From: Selaginella moellendorffii
Taxonomy: Eukaryota > Plantae > Lycopodiophyta
Length of the DNA stretch: 64,000 bases
Assembly (NCBI RefSeq): GCF_000143415.4
Contig: NW_003314264.1
Location: 3,895,229 to 3,959,228 of the forward strand
Reading direction: 5' to 3'
Part shown: positions 46,368-59,000 of the stretch, piece by piece
Position numbering within the stretch: the stretch's first letter is position 1
Layout of the letters: each line of letters begins with the position of its first letter
Position numbers and translations under genes: made by a program
The notes under the pieces: generated by a model
The model's database searches: none
What the model was told of the DNA's origin: nothing
Seen by the model: only the letters and a program-made list of their open reading frames with translations

Positions 46368-49300
46368 CTGTCTGTGGGTGATAGGCTGTGTTTAATTTCA
46401 ACTTGGTGCGATACTGTTCCAGGAGAGTCCTCCAGAACCTACTAGTGAAGATCTTATCTCGATTTGAGATGATCTCTTCCGGCCTTCCCCGCACTTGAAC
46501 CACTTGTTCGAAGAACAGCTTCGCCACACCTTCCGCATCCACTTCCGTTGTGGTGGGTATGAAATGTGCCATTTTTGAAAATCGGTCCACCACCACGAAT
46601 ATCGTATCAAACCCCTCGCTTGGGGGAAGTCCTGTGATGAAGTCCATTGTAAGACATTTCCACGGACGATTTGGAATTGGGATGCTTTGCAACAAGCCCC
46701 CACTAGCTTTAGTCACGGCTTTGACCTACTGACATGTTGGACATGTCTTTACATAGTCTTAGACATCCTTAGCCATATCTAGCCAATGGTACTTCCTCTT
46801 GAGTAAGCCCATCGTCTTGGGCACTCCGTCGTGTCCCGCAAGAGGTCCGTCATGACACTCTTCTAAGGCTACCTTCTTTAGTTCCCCTTCTGGAACATAC
46901 ACCCTCGTTTGCTTGTAATAGATGAGTCTGTTGCGTTCCGCATAGCCCGTTTTCTCTTCCGTTTGCAGCTCACCTCTCTGGTGAGTTTCCCGTGCCTCTA
47001 GATTCCTCAGCAACACTTCTTGTGCTAGACCATCGTTCTCATATGCTGTCCGCACATTGTCCTAAAAGGTTGTTATTGCGCTGGATATTGCCAACCTCAA
47101 GCTTGCTTTTTGACTTAGCGCATCCGCCACGATGTTGCTCTTCCCAGGCTTGTACAGAATCTCGCAATCAAACTCGGCCAAGGCATTGGCCCACCGACCT
47201 TGTTTCCCTCTCAGGTCGAGCTGTGACAAGAAGTGTTTCGTTGCCACATTATCCGTGTAAACCTTGAAGTGTCTCCCAAGGTAGTGTCGCTACTCCTTGA
47301 GCGCCTTGACCACCGCAAACAATTCCTTCTTGTGGGCAGGCCACTTTCGTTGAGCCTTGTCCAACTTCTTCGAGAAGAACACTACTGGATGGTTGTCTTG
47401 CTTCAAAACTGTGCTCAACACAAAGTCCGAAGCATCCGTTTCTACCTCAAAGTCCTTACCAAAGTCTGGTAATGCCAACACGGGAGCCTTCCTCAACTTC
47501 CCTTTGAGGTGGATGAATGTCACCTCGCATTCCGCTGTCCATACCATTTTCCCTTTTCCTGTTTGGTCTGTTAAGGGCAGGGCTACTCTCAAATAGTGTC
47601 TGATAAACTTTCAATAGTAGTTGCATAGCCCCAAGAACGCCCTCAACTCATGTACATTCGATGGTCGCTCCTATTCCTGGATTGCTTGGACCTTCTTCGG
47701 GTTCACCTTGAGCCCGTCTTGGCCCACCACATGCCCGAGAAACTTTACCTCTTGTTGAGCAAAGTCACATTTGCTCTCTTTAGCATACAGTTTGTGTTCC
47801 CTTAGTTTCTCAAACACCTTCACCAAGTGTTTGGCATGCTCCTCTAGCGTCTCGCTATAGATCAGGATGTCGTCGATATAGACAACCACGAAGTGATCCA
47901 GATAGGGTACAAAGATGTGGTTCATCAACGCCGAAAATGTTGCCGGCGCATTGCACAACCCAAAGGGCATCACCAGAAAGTCAAAGCTCCCATACCTCGT
48001 TCGACAGGTTGTCTTTTCGACATCTTCCTCAGCTACCCTGATCTGGTAGTATCCTGACCTTAGGTTAATCCTCAAGAAGTATTTTGCCTTTCCCAACCTA
48101 TCGAACAGGTCCTCAATCATTGGCAAAGGGTACTTGTTCTTCTTTGTATACTTGTTGAGCAACCGGTAATCTATGCACATGCACATAGATCCATCTTTCT
48201 TTTTCACAAATAACACCGGCGCCCCATACGGCGACTTGCTCAACCTAACATACCCTTTGTCCACCAACTCCTCTAGTTGGCACTTGAGCTCCTTGAGTTC
48301 TTTTTCGTTCAAACGATAGGGGGGACGAACCACCGCCTCAGCACCCTCAACCAGCTCAATCTTATGTTCTATCGGTCGTGCGGGGGGCAACCCCGCCGGT
48401 AACTCCTCTGGCATGTTATCCTGGAATTGGTCCAACACCCGTCGGATCACTAAAGGTATTTCTTCCGTTCCTGTCTTTTTGTCACTCTTCACCGAGAGTA
48501 AGCACAAAAATGCTGCCTTAGTTCCTTTAGTGAGCTGTCCTCTCGTGGACACCAAGTTTAAGCAGGATTCTTTGGCCTTGCTTTACCCTACCTTTAGATC
48601 CTGGGCCTCCACCCTAGATCTTCTTCCTTGGGCATTCGCCAGTACCACAAGGTTCCTACCTTGTCCATGCAGGGCTATTATGAACCGATTGAACCAATCC
48701 ATTCCGAAGATCACGTCAAATCCCGCCATGTCCAACACGGTGAAATCCATGTCTACTTTCCATGTCCCTACTTCGACTCTCGCTTGTCGAAGTACCTCAT
48801 CGGTGCTTTGGCTACCTTGAACAAACTCTATAGTCCTTGGTTCGCCTAGCCGTTGCACCATTAGTCCGGCTTGCCGGACTATGTCTGCAGCCATAAAATT
48901 ATCCGAAGCACCTGTGTCAATAAAGATCTTAACAAAGCTACCTCCGAGCTTTCCTCGGAGGGCTAGTAGATGTCGCGAACGACTCTCTACCAAAGTTGCT
49001 CGTGTAATGAGTAACTTTGAGTTAGGGACTAGATCACATACCTCAGTTTGGACTTCACCCGACTTGATGGCCATATTGGCTCTGGCCTTCTTCGGGTAGG
49101 GACATTCCCTCGAAAAGTGTCCCGCTTCACCGCAGTTGTAGCATACATTGTTTCCCACGCTGCTATACGACTTGACCTTCTTATCCGTGGGTTTGTCTCT
49201 TTTCGCTTGACTTCCCCACGTACTCGCTCGCTGGCTACCGGATTTGCCTTTCCGGAACCCCGAGGACTCATTCTTAGAGAAACTCTTCTTGAATTTCCCC

Positions 49301-52300
49301 CTGCTATACGTTCCCCTTGGTTTGGCCCCTTTGCTAAACGTGGCTCCCGACCCCGTCTTGTTCCCCTTTCGCAGGTTATCGTTGAAATGCACCTTGATGG
49401 CCGCATCCAACGCTTCCTTGTAGTTGGTCGGGTTCCAGTGCATCACCTCACCGCGAGCCCAGGTTTGCAAACCTGAAATGAAGGCATGGAACGCATCCAT
49501 GTCCCCCATGTCTGTGACAAGTATTCTCTTTGCCATGAACCCATTCACATATTCCTGGATGGTTCCAGTCTGCTTCAGCCTACTCAGCTCATCTCTCAGA
49601 TGCAGAGTGGCATTCGGAGGAACGTATGTTGCGTGGATCCTCGCCTTCATCATGTCCCAAGTGGCCACTAGTCCTTCGTTGGCCTCCGTCGTTCTCCACC
49701 AAGACTTGGCATTATCTGCCAAGTATGGTTTTGCACATGGGACCTTCTCTGAGCTCGGTAATTGCAACGCTCGGAAGTAGTCCTCCATATCGTAAAACCA
49801 ATCCTCCACCACCTTATAGTCATTCACTCCTTTGAAGACCGGTGGGGGCTTTGGTTTGTACATGGGAACTGCCTGAGGGACTGATTCTACTTCGGTCTGT
49901 TCGACCTTGTTTGGTTCTGCCTCAGTCCCTGCCGAAGGGTCCGCACCTTCTGCGCTGCCAACATCCGTAGTCTTTCTCTTTTTCTTCCGCTTCTCGTCAC
50001 GCTTTAGCTTGCATACGAGAGTCTCAAGTAGGGCATTGGTCTGTGCCAACTGTCCTTCTAGCACGTCCAACCGAGCCTTGGACGACCGAACCTCGCCACC
50101 AGACTCCTGTTTGGAAGTTTCCTCACTAGAGTCCTCCTCATGCAAGGATTCCTCATCCATAGCCTCTTGTTCGACCGGAGTCTCCGCTTGGGTTCGCTTA
50201 TGCCCTGCCCTTGCCATCTCCCAGCAATCCGCCTCTATCCTTCGCTAGAACTGAGGAAAAAGCTCTGATACCCAAATTGTAAGCCATAAATTTTTCCTTT
50301 CCAATTTGCCAGCTTACCTCGTCTATCCGTCCAACACTGCCTTGGCTTTTGCCAAGTTCCCTTGCCAAGGTTCTCGCCTATGGTACCAACTCCTACTTGG
50401 TTTCAGCTACTCACTGCACGAGCAACGGAGTGTTAGCCATCCATCCACGGATTCCCAAATCACTCCCAATCCCCCTCCCCGGGTTAGACTGGACTTAAGG
50501 TTCGGCTACACTCCCCGCAAGCACAAGCAGCCAAGCACACCAAGTTTCCAGGTTCCTAACATCCCTTAGTACCACATGACTTGATCATGGGACCCTCTAA
50601 ATCCCAAGTCTTGAGTGCAACACTTGCTTCGGGACGCTGGGGCGAAACACCATGGCCTAACGGCCTGGTATGGATACCTCTACCCCCCCACTTCCATCCC
50701 GAAGGAAGGCCCAAGCCCCTAGGAAGGGCGAGGACCAATGAGCCGCATGGTACTCAAGTGGGCACCACTCCACATGAGCCGGGAGCACTGCAATCGGTTT
50801 CCCTTTCGGGAGTGGGAGCTACTCTTGAGCACTTCCTTGGATGGCCCCTCCGACACCAACCAAGTCCATGCTCACTCCCACCCAAGGCCCCTCGATCCCA
50901 GTCCCAACCTCAAATCAGTTTGGAAGCCCCACTGGAGAGTCCCTTCAAAACTGGTTCCTGGACCTCACTATCCCTACTATACTTTTGGAACCCCCTGTAG
51001 CCCCCCCCCCCCCCCTGGGAGACGCACGCTTTGGGCTTTCACCCCTTGCCCCTTGACCCGTATTAGTATTTGGACTTAGTCTCTGGCTCGATCTCGGACT
51101 CGATTTCGGATTTGACTTCGAATTCAGTCTCGGACTCGATCTTGAACCCGATCTCAGACCCGACCTCAGACCCGGTCTCGGACCCAATTTCGGATCTCGG
51201 ACTCCGTCTCGAACTCGGTCTCGAACTCGGTCCCCGAGTCGGCCTCGGACTCGATTCCGGACTCTATCTCGAACTCGGTCCTAGAGTCGGTCTTGGACTC
51301 GATCTTCGACTTGGTCCCATCCGATGAACTCTTTGTCATTTTGGTCAAGCCTTCGGGGTTCCTTTAGCCTACAACACCTCGGCGAGTTGGTTCCTTACAG
51401 ATACAAGTCCTTGAAATGGTAGCCAGAGCTACCTCTAATAAATGCTGGAACAACCCAAAGAGTTGGGGGTGTACTCAGAGGATGAGTTGGTATTCTCATC
51501 ATATGGTCCTAAGTGGTCCTAAGGGGCAAAAGGTTGCCCCAAGAAAACAAATCAAGTGTTGGAGTAACACTTGTAAATATGGTCCTTGTGAGTAGGACTT
51601 GAATACAAGAAGTTGTACTCCAGTGAGCTGGCACCTCAAAGGTGGGACCTCATAGGTCGTCGGATGATAAAGTCCAAAAAGTTGGAGGACTCAAATAGAG
51701 TCAAGGAATAATCCTGAGGGATTGATAAAAGTATTTGGATTGAGGTGTGTTGTACCCCACGAATGATGGGGGGGGGGGGGGGATCATAGGATTCAAGGAT
51801 GAGAACAGAGAGTATCTCATCGATGGCAAAATGTGCCATCCTAAAGTCTTAGGAAAGGTGTTCCTAGAAAAAACAACTTTGGTGCAGAGTTGTGTGCGAA
51901 CACTATGGTGTAATGCTAACATGAGGTGTAGGTATTGGCATGAGAAACGACTATGTTGGTCTTGGCAAAAACCTAGACACAAGTGCAAAGTGTCATAAAG
52001 GCAAACGCATGGAGCTGATGGTGTGGAGACACCAAATGGGCCAAGGTGTGATGCCTTGATGTTATGTTGATGGGTTCATGAGAACCCCTTGCCAAGGGAA
52101 TCCCAATGGAAATGGGAATGGCATAGCCTATGCTGGAAGGCATGTGGTTGGAGTGTGGTGACCTAGATAATGATAGAGGTGTGGAAGCACCAAACAATGA
52201 GTTGTAGAACTTGACAACTATAAGGCAAATAAGCATGAGGAGTAGGTAATTGGTTAAATGGGTAGAAGGTAGCAGACTTCTTAATGACATAAAGAAGTTA

Positions 52301-55300
52301 AATATACCCTTATCGGGGATAAGTTGCTTATGTTACGATATAGTAAGTCAATGTCATAAAAGAAAATACTCATTGTCAAGGATGCCATCATTGGGACACC
52401 CAAACACTCTAGAACACCAAAAGGTGGTGTTTGGAGTCACAAGGGCATTAGATAAGGCCCAAGGGACTAAGTCCCTAGCGAATGATGGATAGAAGGTGTT
52501 ATCCAAACGTCCAAGGTTCTGAAGACGGGAGAAATCCGTCTACCCGATTTAGACAAAGCCAAAAATGGGATTTTGGCAAGGCTAATAATGGGCATATAGA
52601 GGCCCATAAGTAGCAATGTTAATTCCGGTATGTGGGATTATAAGGTGAGTATGCCCAGATTGAGGAACCACTCCCTAAGCTATTAGGTAGTTTCATCCCT
52701 ATGAATACTTGCTAAGGCATGGTAGAAGGTGCAAAGCTATCCTTCTAGTTTTGAGGAGAATAACCAAAGGAAACATATGAGGCCAAAAGGCAAGTAGTAT
52801 TGGGATGGAATTGAACTATAGAAATCAAAAGGCATAACCAACGGTGGTTATGCAAATTGGGAGTGGAGAATCAAGAGGGTGCTCAAGGATGTTGCTACTA
52901 GCAACCACGATGCTATGGAGAGTCAAAAATGTGGAATTATCCATGTTAGACTATATGGCGAGTAGCGAGTTTGCGAAGGAGAAGCCTTAGCAAGCTAAGG
53001 AACAGAGTTTCTTGAACGTTTCCCTAGGTAAATAAGTACCTAGTCAGCCAAGTGTAAATGGTTCATAGAACGCGCGAAATCAGATTGGCACAACAGAAGC
53101 GTGGTCTTGAAGCTTGCCATGAGGCGAGGCTATCAAGATTAGGGAAGTAGTTCCCAAGTGTTCAAAAAGAGGGCTTTGAACGAAATTCGATAGTTAAGGA
53201 CTTTCACACTTATGCATGAATCATGTTACAATGGCTGAATGACTTAGCGAAGTAGCCAAAGGATAGGGCTATGGATAGCTTTAGCACAACTTACGATGGT
53301 TGGAACTTGGTGCCAAAAGTGGTATAAAATAGAAAGGAGGACAATGGTGCCCTCAAGTGGGGAGCTTCCTAGGATGGGAAGTGAAGTTGCACAATATGTG
53401 TAGTGAAAGGTGTCAAAGACACCAAAGAAATTGACTTTGAGAAGTCAAAATTAAAAAATTCCAAGGTGAATTGGTTATGTCAATAGAATTTGGGACTACT
53501 CAAGAATGAGTAGTGGAATTGAGTTAGAGAAGGTGTCTCTAACAGGTTTAGCGAGAACTGAACCAATAAAAGGGAGCAAACCACCTCAGTTAGCCAAATG
53601 AGTCTCTATGTTGGAGAGACTATGCCCCTTAGAGGATGGACAAGGCATAGTGAGCCTTCGGGGTCAAACCATAGACAAATATTGGCAGAGTTCCAAAGAT
53701 GGAAATGATAATACCTGCGGGTGTTACTTTATAAAAGGGTTTACTGTTCGATGAGAACATCAAACTTCGTCTATAGGTGGTGGAGTTGTGAGACACAAAT
53801 CCCTAAGCCCCAAAGTGGAGTCGAAAGGGTGCCACATGGTAGTGGCCGAAGCAAAAGCCAAACGAGCATAACACGTTTGGATTAAAAGGCTCCGACTTGA
53901 AAGGTTGAGAGCGGGAGTGGAACTCCCAACGGAGTTTTCAAGGAACAAGTATGAAGTGAGCAATAAATGAGGCTCCAAAAAGGGACCCAAAAGGACCAAC
54001 ACATGACACGTGGAAGTGTCAGAGATGGAGTCCGAGATAGACCCGAGTTGGAGTCCGAGGTGGAGTCCGAGATGGAGTCCGAGATGGACCCAAGTTGGAG
54101 TCTGAGGTGGAGTCCGAGATGGAGTCTAAGATGGACCCGAGTTGGAGTCCGAGGTGGAGTCCGAGATGGAGTCCAAGATGGACCTTAGTTGGAGTTCGAG
54201 GTGGAGTCCGAGATGGAGTCCAAGATGGACCGAGATGGAGTCTGAGATGGACCAAGATGGAGTCCGAGATGGACCCAAGATGGAGTCCGAGATGGACCCG
54301 AGATGGAGTCCGAGATGGAGTCCGAGACGGAGTCCAAGATGGAGTCCGAGATGGACCCGAGATGGAATCCGAGATGGAGTTCGAGAAGGACCCGAGATGG
54401 AGTCCAAGGTCGAGACCAAGACCGGGACTGAGACCGAGACCGAGACCGAGACCGAGACTGAGACCGAGACTGAGACCGGACCGGGACCGAGACCGAGACT
54501 GAGGCCGAAACCGAGACCGAGGCCGAGGCCGAGACGGAGCCCGAGCCCGAGTCCGAGTCTGAGTCCAAGTCTGAGTCCGAGTCCGAGTCCGAGTCCGAAT
54601 CCGAGTCCGAGTCCGAGTCCGAGTCCGAGTTCGAGTCTGAGAGGGTGAAAGCCCAAAGCGTTCGTCTCCTAGACCCTGGGGGGTTTGGTGAGCTCTAAAA
54701 GTATAGTAAGGGGGAGGACTGCAATGGAGCCAGTTTGGCCAAGAAAGGCCAGTTTGGCCCAGGAAGGCCAGACCCAGTGTTGGGTGATGAACTGACCATT
54801 GGGAAGTCCAAGACTAGAGTGAATATGGACCGACAAGCGGGGTAGCTTGGTGAAGTGTTCAAGAGTTGGCTATAGTTCCCCCGGGAGATCGACTGGCCGA
54901 TGCTCCCAGTCCAAGTGTGGGTGGCATTACCTACTTGGATACCTAGTGTGGCTCAACAGAACCTCGCTCAAAGCCCATGGCTAGAGCACCCAAAGGCGGA
55001 AGGTGGGGAGAGTACCCACAAGGCTTGCGTAAGGCCACGGTATTCCGAAATGTTGTCCCAAATGCCCAAACTGTGGAAAGGAAGAGGAATAGTCCTGTGG
55101 TGTAGTGACCAAAGATATAGTCGTGTGGTGAGGAAGTCCCAGAGGACCGTGGGACTTAGTGGTCGAGCCTGTGGGCCCTGATCCAGTGGCAGTGTTGGCA
55201 AATACGGCCAAGGACAGAAAGGGACTTGGTGGGGACCAGAAAGGAGATATTGGGGAAGGTTATTCCCCATGTCTACAGACATCTTAAGGATGCTAAAGAG

Positions 55301-55642
55301 TGGATCTGGGATGACCACTCATGGACAAATGGCCTAGTCTTGGAGAGATAGGATTGCAATGCAAATGGTGTTGGACCACCAATGTGACCAAGGTGATTGG
55401 GCATGGCCTAGCGTAACAAGCTGGTATGTTGGTGGTGCTTTGGGGTGTCAGTCATGGGACTGAACACGTGGAGCATTGGGACCAAGTGCAAAGGTTGAGT
55501 GGCATGGATGCCATTCTCAAGGCTAGCAAGCCCTAAGTCCTGAGTGGGACTTATGGAGGTTGTGAATGAGACTCCTCCAAGTGGTTGGAGGTGTGGTTAA
55601 GTGACTAAAGTAAAATGGAAAAATTTAGTCACTTACAATGTT

Positions 55643-57150
55643 GAGATTAACATTTGCCAGTTTAATTTTCTCTAGTTGGGCTCGACCAAAAAGGATGTCA
55701 AGAAAGTGAGACTCTTAGGAGAGTTATAACTTTTAGCTTCTATTCACGAAGATGTGAATTTGTAAAAAAGTGTAGTGGTTTAAGAATCTATTAGAGTTTA
55801 AATATAGAACAAACAAACTTGATTTAGGGTTTAAATATAAAAGGAAAGGGCCAATAAACAAAAGTGCACCTATTTTCTTAATTGGTTAAAGATCTTTTCT
55901 GGGTTTGATACAAATATTTTTCTTTTATTACTATAATAGTAGGATATTAATATTGTTGATTCCCTTTATTAGTCTCTACCTAAATTAGTTGAGAAACTAG
56001 TTTTCACATATGCACTTGCCCAAAAAAGCATAATAATGGAATTTCTAAGTGTTATTAGTTAAACATACTTAGCTTAATTATATAAACTTATTCATTGGTT
56101 TTCACTTACTTGTGATATTGAGCTTAGTCCTTTAATATTTGGTACATAATAATTTATTATATACTATCATGCCCTATGTGTCATTCCAATTTAAGTTCTC
56201 CTATGTCCAAATTCACAATTTAGCATCATTTCATATTTAGTAAGTTTTTGAGTTTTTCAGAGACTAAAAACATGCTTTCATGTAGGGTCTATAGGGGGTT
56301 TTAAATATATATTAAAGGTAGTAAGTATGATTGACTAATTTGAAATATTATCTAGTTCTTTATTGGGTATATTTATCCTTAGTTTACATCTAACTTGAGC
56401 TTAAGTTAAAGCTCTATACCAGGTTAGCTAGTGGTATACCTACATCCTCATATCAAGCCATCAGTATGTTGTAATAGTGTAAAACTCTATTTGACTCTGT
56501 TTTGGTTTAGTTTTAGTGTTAAGATGCTACTATTTAAGTGTTGTTTTGTGGTTTTATTCCTTCATTCCTTAAGTATGTGTAAGCAACCAAAGAAAACAAT
56601 TTTAAAAATGGTCTATAAAGACTCAAATATAAAAGGAAAAAAGCCTATAATAAAAGTGCACCCCCTTTTTCAATTAATTAATAGTTTTAAAATACTTAGG
56701 GTTAGGCATCCTTGGGTTTGAATAATATTGTCCAAATTTAAGAACTTACATTTGGTATTAAAAGGGTTTCAAATCGAACTCTGTTAATTGGCTAGGGGAA
56801 TCACATTATATGTTGACATTGATATCTAGCAAGTTTAGTTTGCCTTCTACTGGGCTCAACTTGAAGGGTAAGATGTTAAGAGAGAGAGGTTCTTGGGAGA
56901 GTTGTAGCTCTCAACTTTTGTTCATGAGAGCATGAACTTGCAAAGAAGTGTGGTAGATTATAAATAGCCAAACAAAACAATATAAAATACGGTCTATTAG
57001 GGTTTAAATAAAAAAGGAAAAGGGCTTATAAAAAATAAGAGTGCACTCCCTTTTTTAATTAGTTAAAAGTCTTGAAATATTTAGGGTTACATGTCCTTGG
57101 GTTTAAATAGTACTAGGTTGAGTTACCTCCCATGAAGTTTAAATTCAAGA
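55643..57150 (+). repeat. Degenerate ~0.4-kb AT-rich repeat (unit starts near 41400, 55830, 56625, 57000); A' inserted into one unit
   Basis: Recurring aaatataaaaggaaa...agtgca...ttaattggtta motif. 56790-56960 is an uninterrupted paralogue of the A' target site. Confidence 0.7.
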
Positions 57151-58824
57151 GCTTACAATATGCTTATAGCTTATCCTTCATTTAGTGGCCCAAAATTTAT
57201 ACTTGATTGCCCTTGGCACACATATCTAAGAGTTAGATTCTATTTTATGGTTATCCTATCATAGAGTATAAGATGACACCATGTGCACTATATTTAGTAT
57301 CAAAAGGATTAGTCTCAATGATTTTTATGTAATAAAATTGGGTAGTTAATCTTGTTGTATATGCAGAGAGGAAAATAATAATCCGAATGGGTATATATTT
57401 GGTTGTTATAGCTTTACATATAGCTTTGGGTATAGATTTTGGCACATAATATTTTATACACCTATATATGAGTTTTTGCTTGGGCTCATTAGATGGTTTT
57501 GAGATGTATGAACTTATACTTAAGGATTGATATTAGCCTATCCATGAGTTACTACTATATTAGGGTAAAAGTATACCTCCATATAATTGGTGAATAGGCT
57601 AGTTTGTAATTGTTTAGCATGACATTAGTGAATCCTTCTTAGGTATGATTATGAGTGGATCAATCAAGAGTATAGAGATTAATCTACTGGTTCAAGTAGT
57701 CATTATTATACTTTTTTACAAACTTTTCTTAGATTAAATTTAAAGTAGTGCAAATATAAGTTTAAGGTTTAATTTGAAAAAAGAGTCATCATGGATGAAT
57801 GATCAAATATGTAAATAATCTTCTCTTTTTTGAAAGGCAATTTGTAATAAGATGTGATCTCATTGCTTGTATTTATATTATACAATTGAGAGTCCCTACT
57901 TCAATATATATTTGTTATGGTGGTCTTACAAGTGGTATGTCATAGATTAGAAAGCAATAAAGAATTAAAGCATTTTACTTACATTTGCTATTAGAATATT
58001 TGAGTTGTAATGCTTAATTCTTTTTTAGAAAACTTTACTATTACTCCTTAAGTAATTTAGTATTAAATTAGTTTTAAATTTAGTCAGAAAGAGAGTGGCA
58101 TGAGCTTGCCTATAAATCTTTATTAATGGGGTATAACATTTATATTGCATTTTGTTGATTAGAGTTAACACTTAATACTAGTGTCAATCTTTGTAGTAAT
58201 AATATGGGCTTTACTTGTAATGTTTCTTATTTAGCCATCAAGACATTATGATTCTTATATCATATCCTTGTGATTATAAGTAAGTTGTTTATTCAAAAAT
58301 TCATTAACCCCAAAATGGTTAATAGTGATGTTAATCTACTTGTAAGCAGTAGTTTTTCATAAGTAATCTATTAAATGCTAAACTGCTATCAATAAATTCT
58401 TAAAATATCAATGATACAGAAATGGATCTAGCACTTCACAAAACCTCAACTAGGCACATGCTCTATTCAGTCATAGTTTCAAACACATAACAAAGATTTT
58501 ACAGAGACCATTTGTGGCAAATACTCCTAGATTCCAAATCGCAAGGACACTATTTATCTCGGCCATGCTCTTGAACAACGCTTCTGAATTATAGATATCA
58601 AGGCTTTTTTTTTCAAATACATGAATTAAGACACGAGGTTTAGAACACTTCCACAAATTCCCATGAGCAAGTTCGCCAGGAACTTCTCGTGCCGCATGCC
58701 TGGTCTTGGGAAATGCAAGCATGGATGTGTCTGGCATTGATCGAGGCAGATTTGGGTGGATTTTATCTGGAATTGGGAATCTGGGATTGAAAACTATGGA
58801 GAAAAAGCTAGAAAAACTGTTCAT

Positions 58825-59000
58825 GACAGCTACTGACCACTCCAAGGCTTCCAAGTCGCTTTAACAGTCGTGGAAATATTGACACAAGCACCACAGAATG
58901 GATCTAGCAGAGAAAGACAGCTACTGACCACTCCAAGGCTTCCAAGTCGCTTTAAAAGTCGCGAAGTATTGACACAAGCACCACAGAAATGGATCTAGCA
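58825..59000 (+). repeat. 91-bp tandem duplication covering the 5' UTR and start codon of the P450
   Basis: gacagctactgaccactccaaggcttccaagtcgc...atggatctagca starts at 58825 and 58916. Confidence 0.85.

Larger units (their letters stand above)
45401..50217 (-). pseudogene. gag-pol of element B (Gag, CCHC, protease, RT, RNaseH, integrase, chromodomain) with in-frame stops and intron-like inserts
   Basis: CYNCGEAGHFSREC, IDTGAS, YIDD, TDASD, H-H-CC zinc finger, MDFITGLP, GQTERVN and chromodomain FHVKWKGFPHYEATWEP. ORF pieces starting 50217 to 46716 share one frame. Confidence 0.95.
43958..51399 (-). mobile_element. Element B: full-length Ty3/gypsy chromovirus nested in A'
   Basis: 5' LTR 50278-51399 and 3' LTR 43958-45063. 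TSD GATAC (43953-43957, 51400-51404). iMet PBS 50262-50274 (one extra base). PPT 45064-45075. Confidence 0.96.
41604..55637 (+). mobile_element. Element A': older copy of the non-autonomous family A, interrupted by element B
   Basis: LTRs 41604-43514 and 53787-55637. TSD ATGTT (41599-41603, 55638-55642). Mutated PBS tggtattggagc 43518-43529; PPT precedes 53787. Interior homologous to 3437-7628. Confidence 0.93.

Noticed and set aside
48555-48585. Programmed readthrough at the TAA between protease and RT
   Set aside because: One of many in-frame stops explainable by C>T; a family consensus would be needed to claim otherwise.
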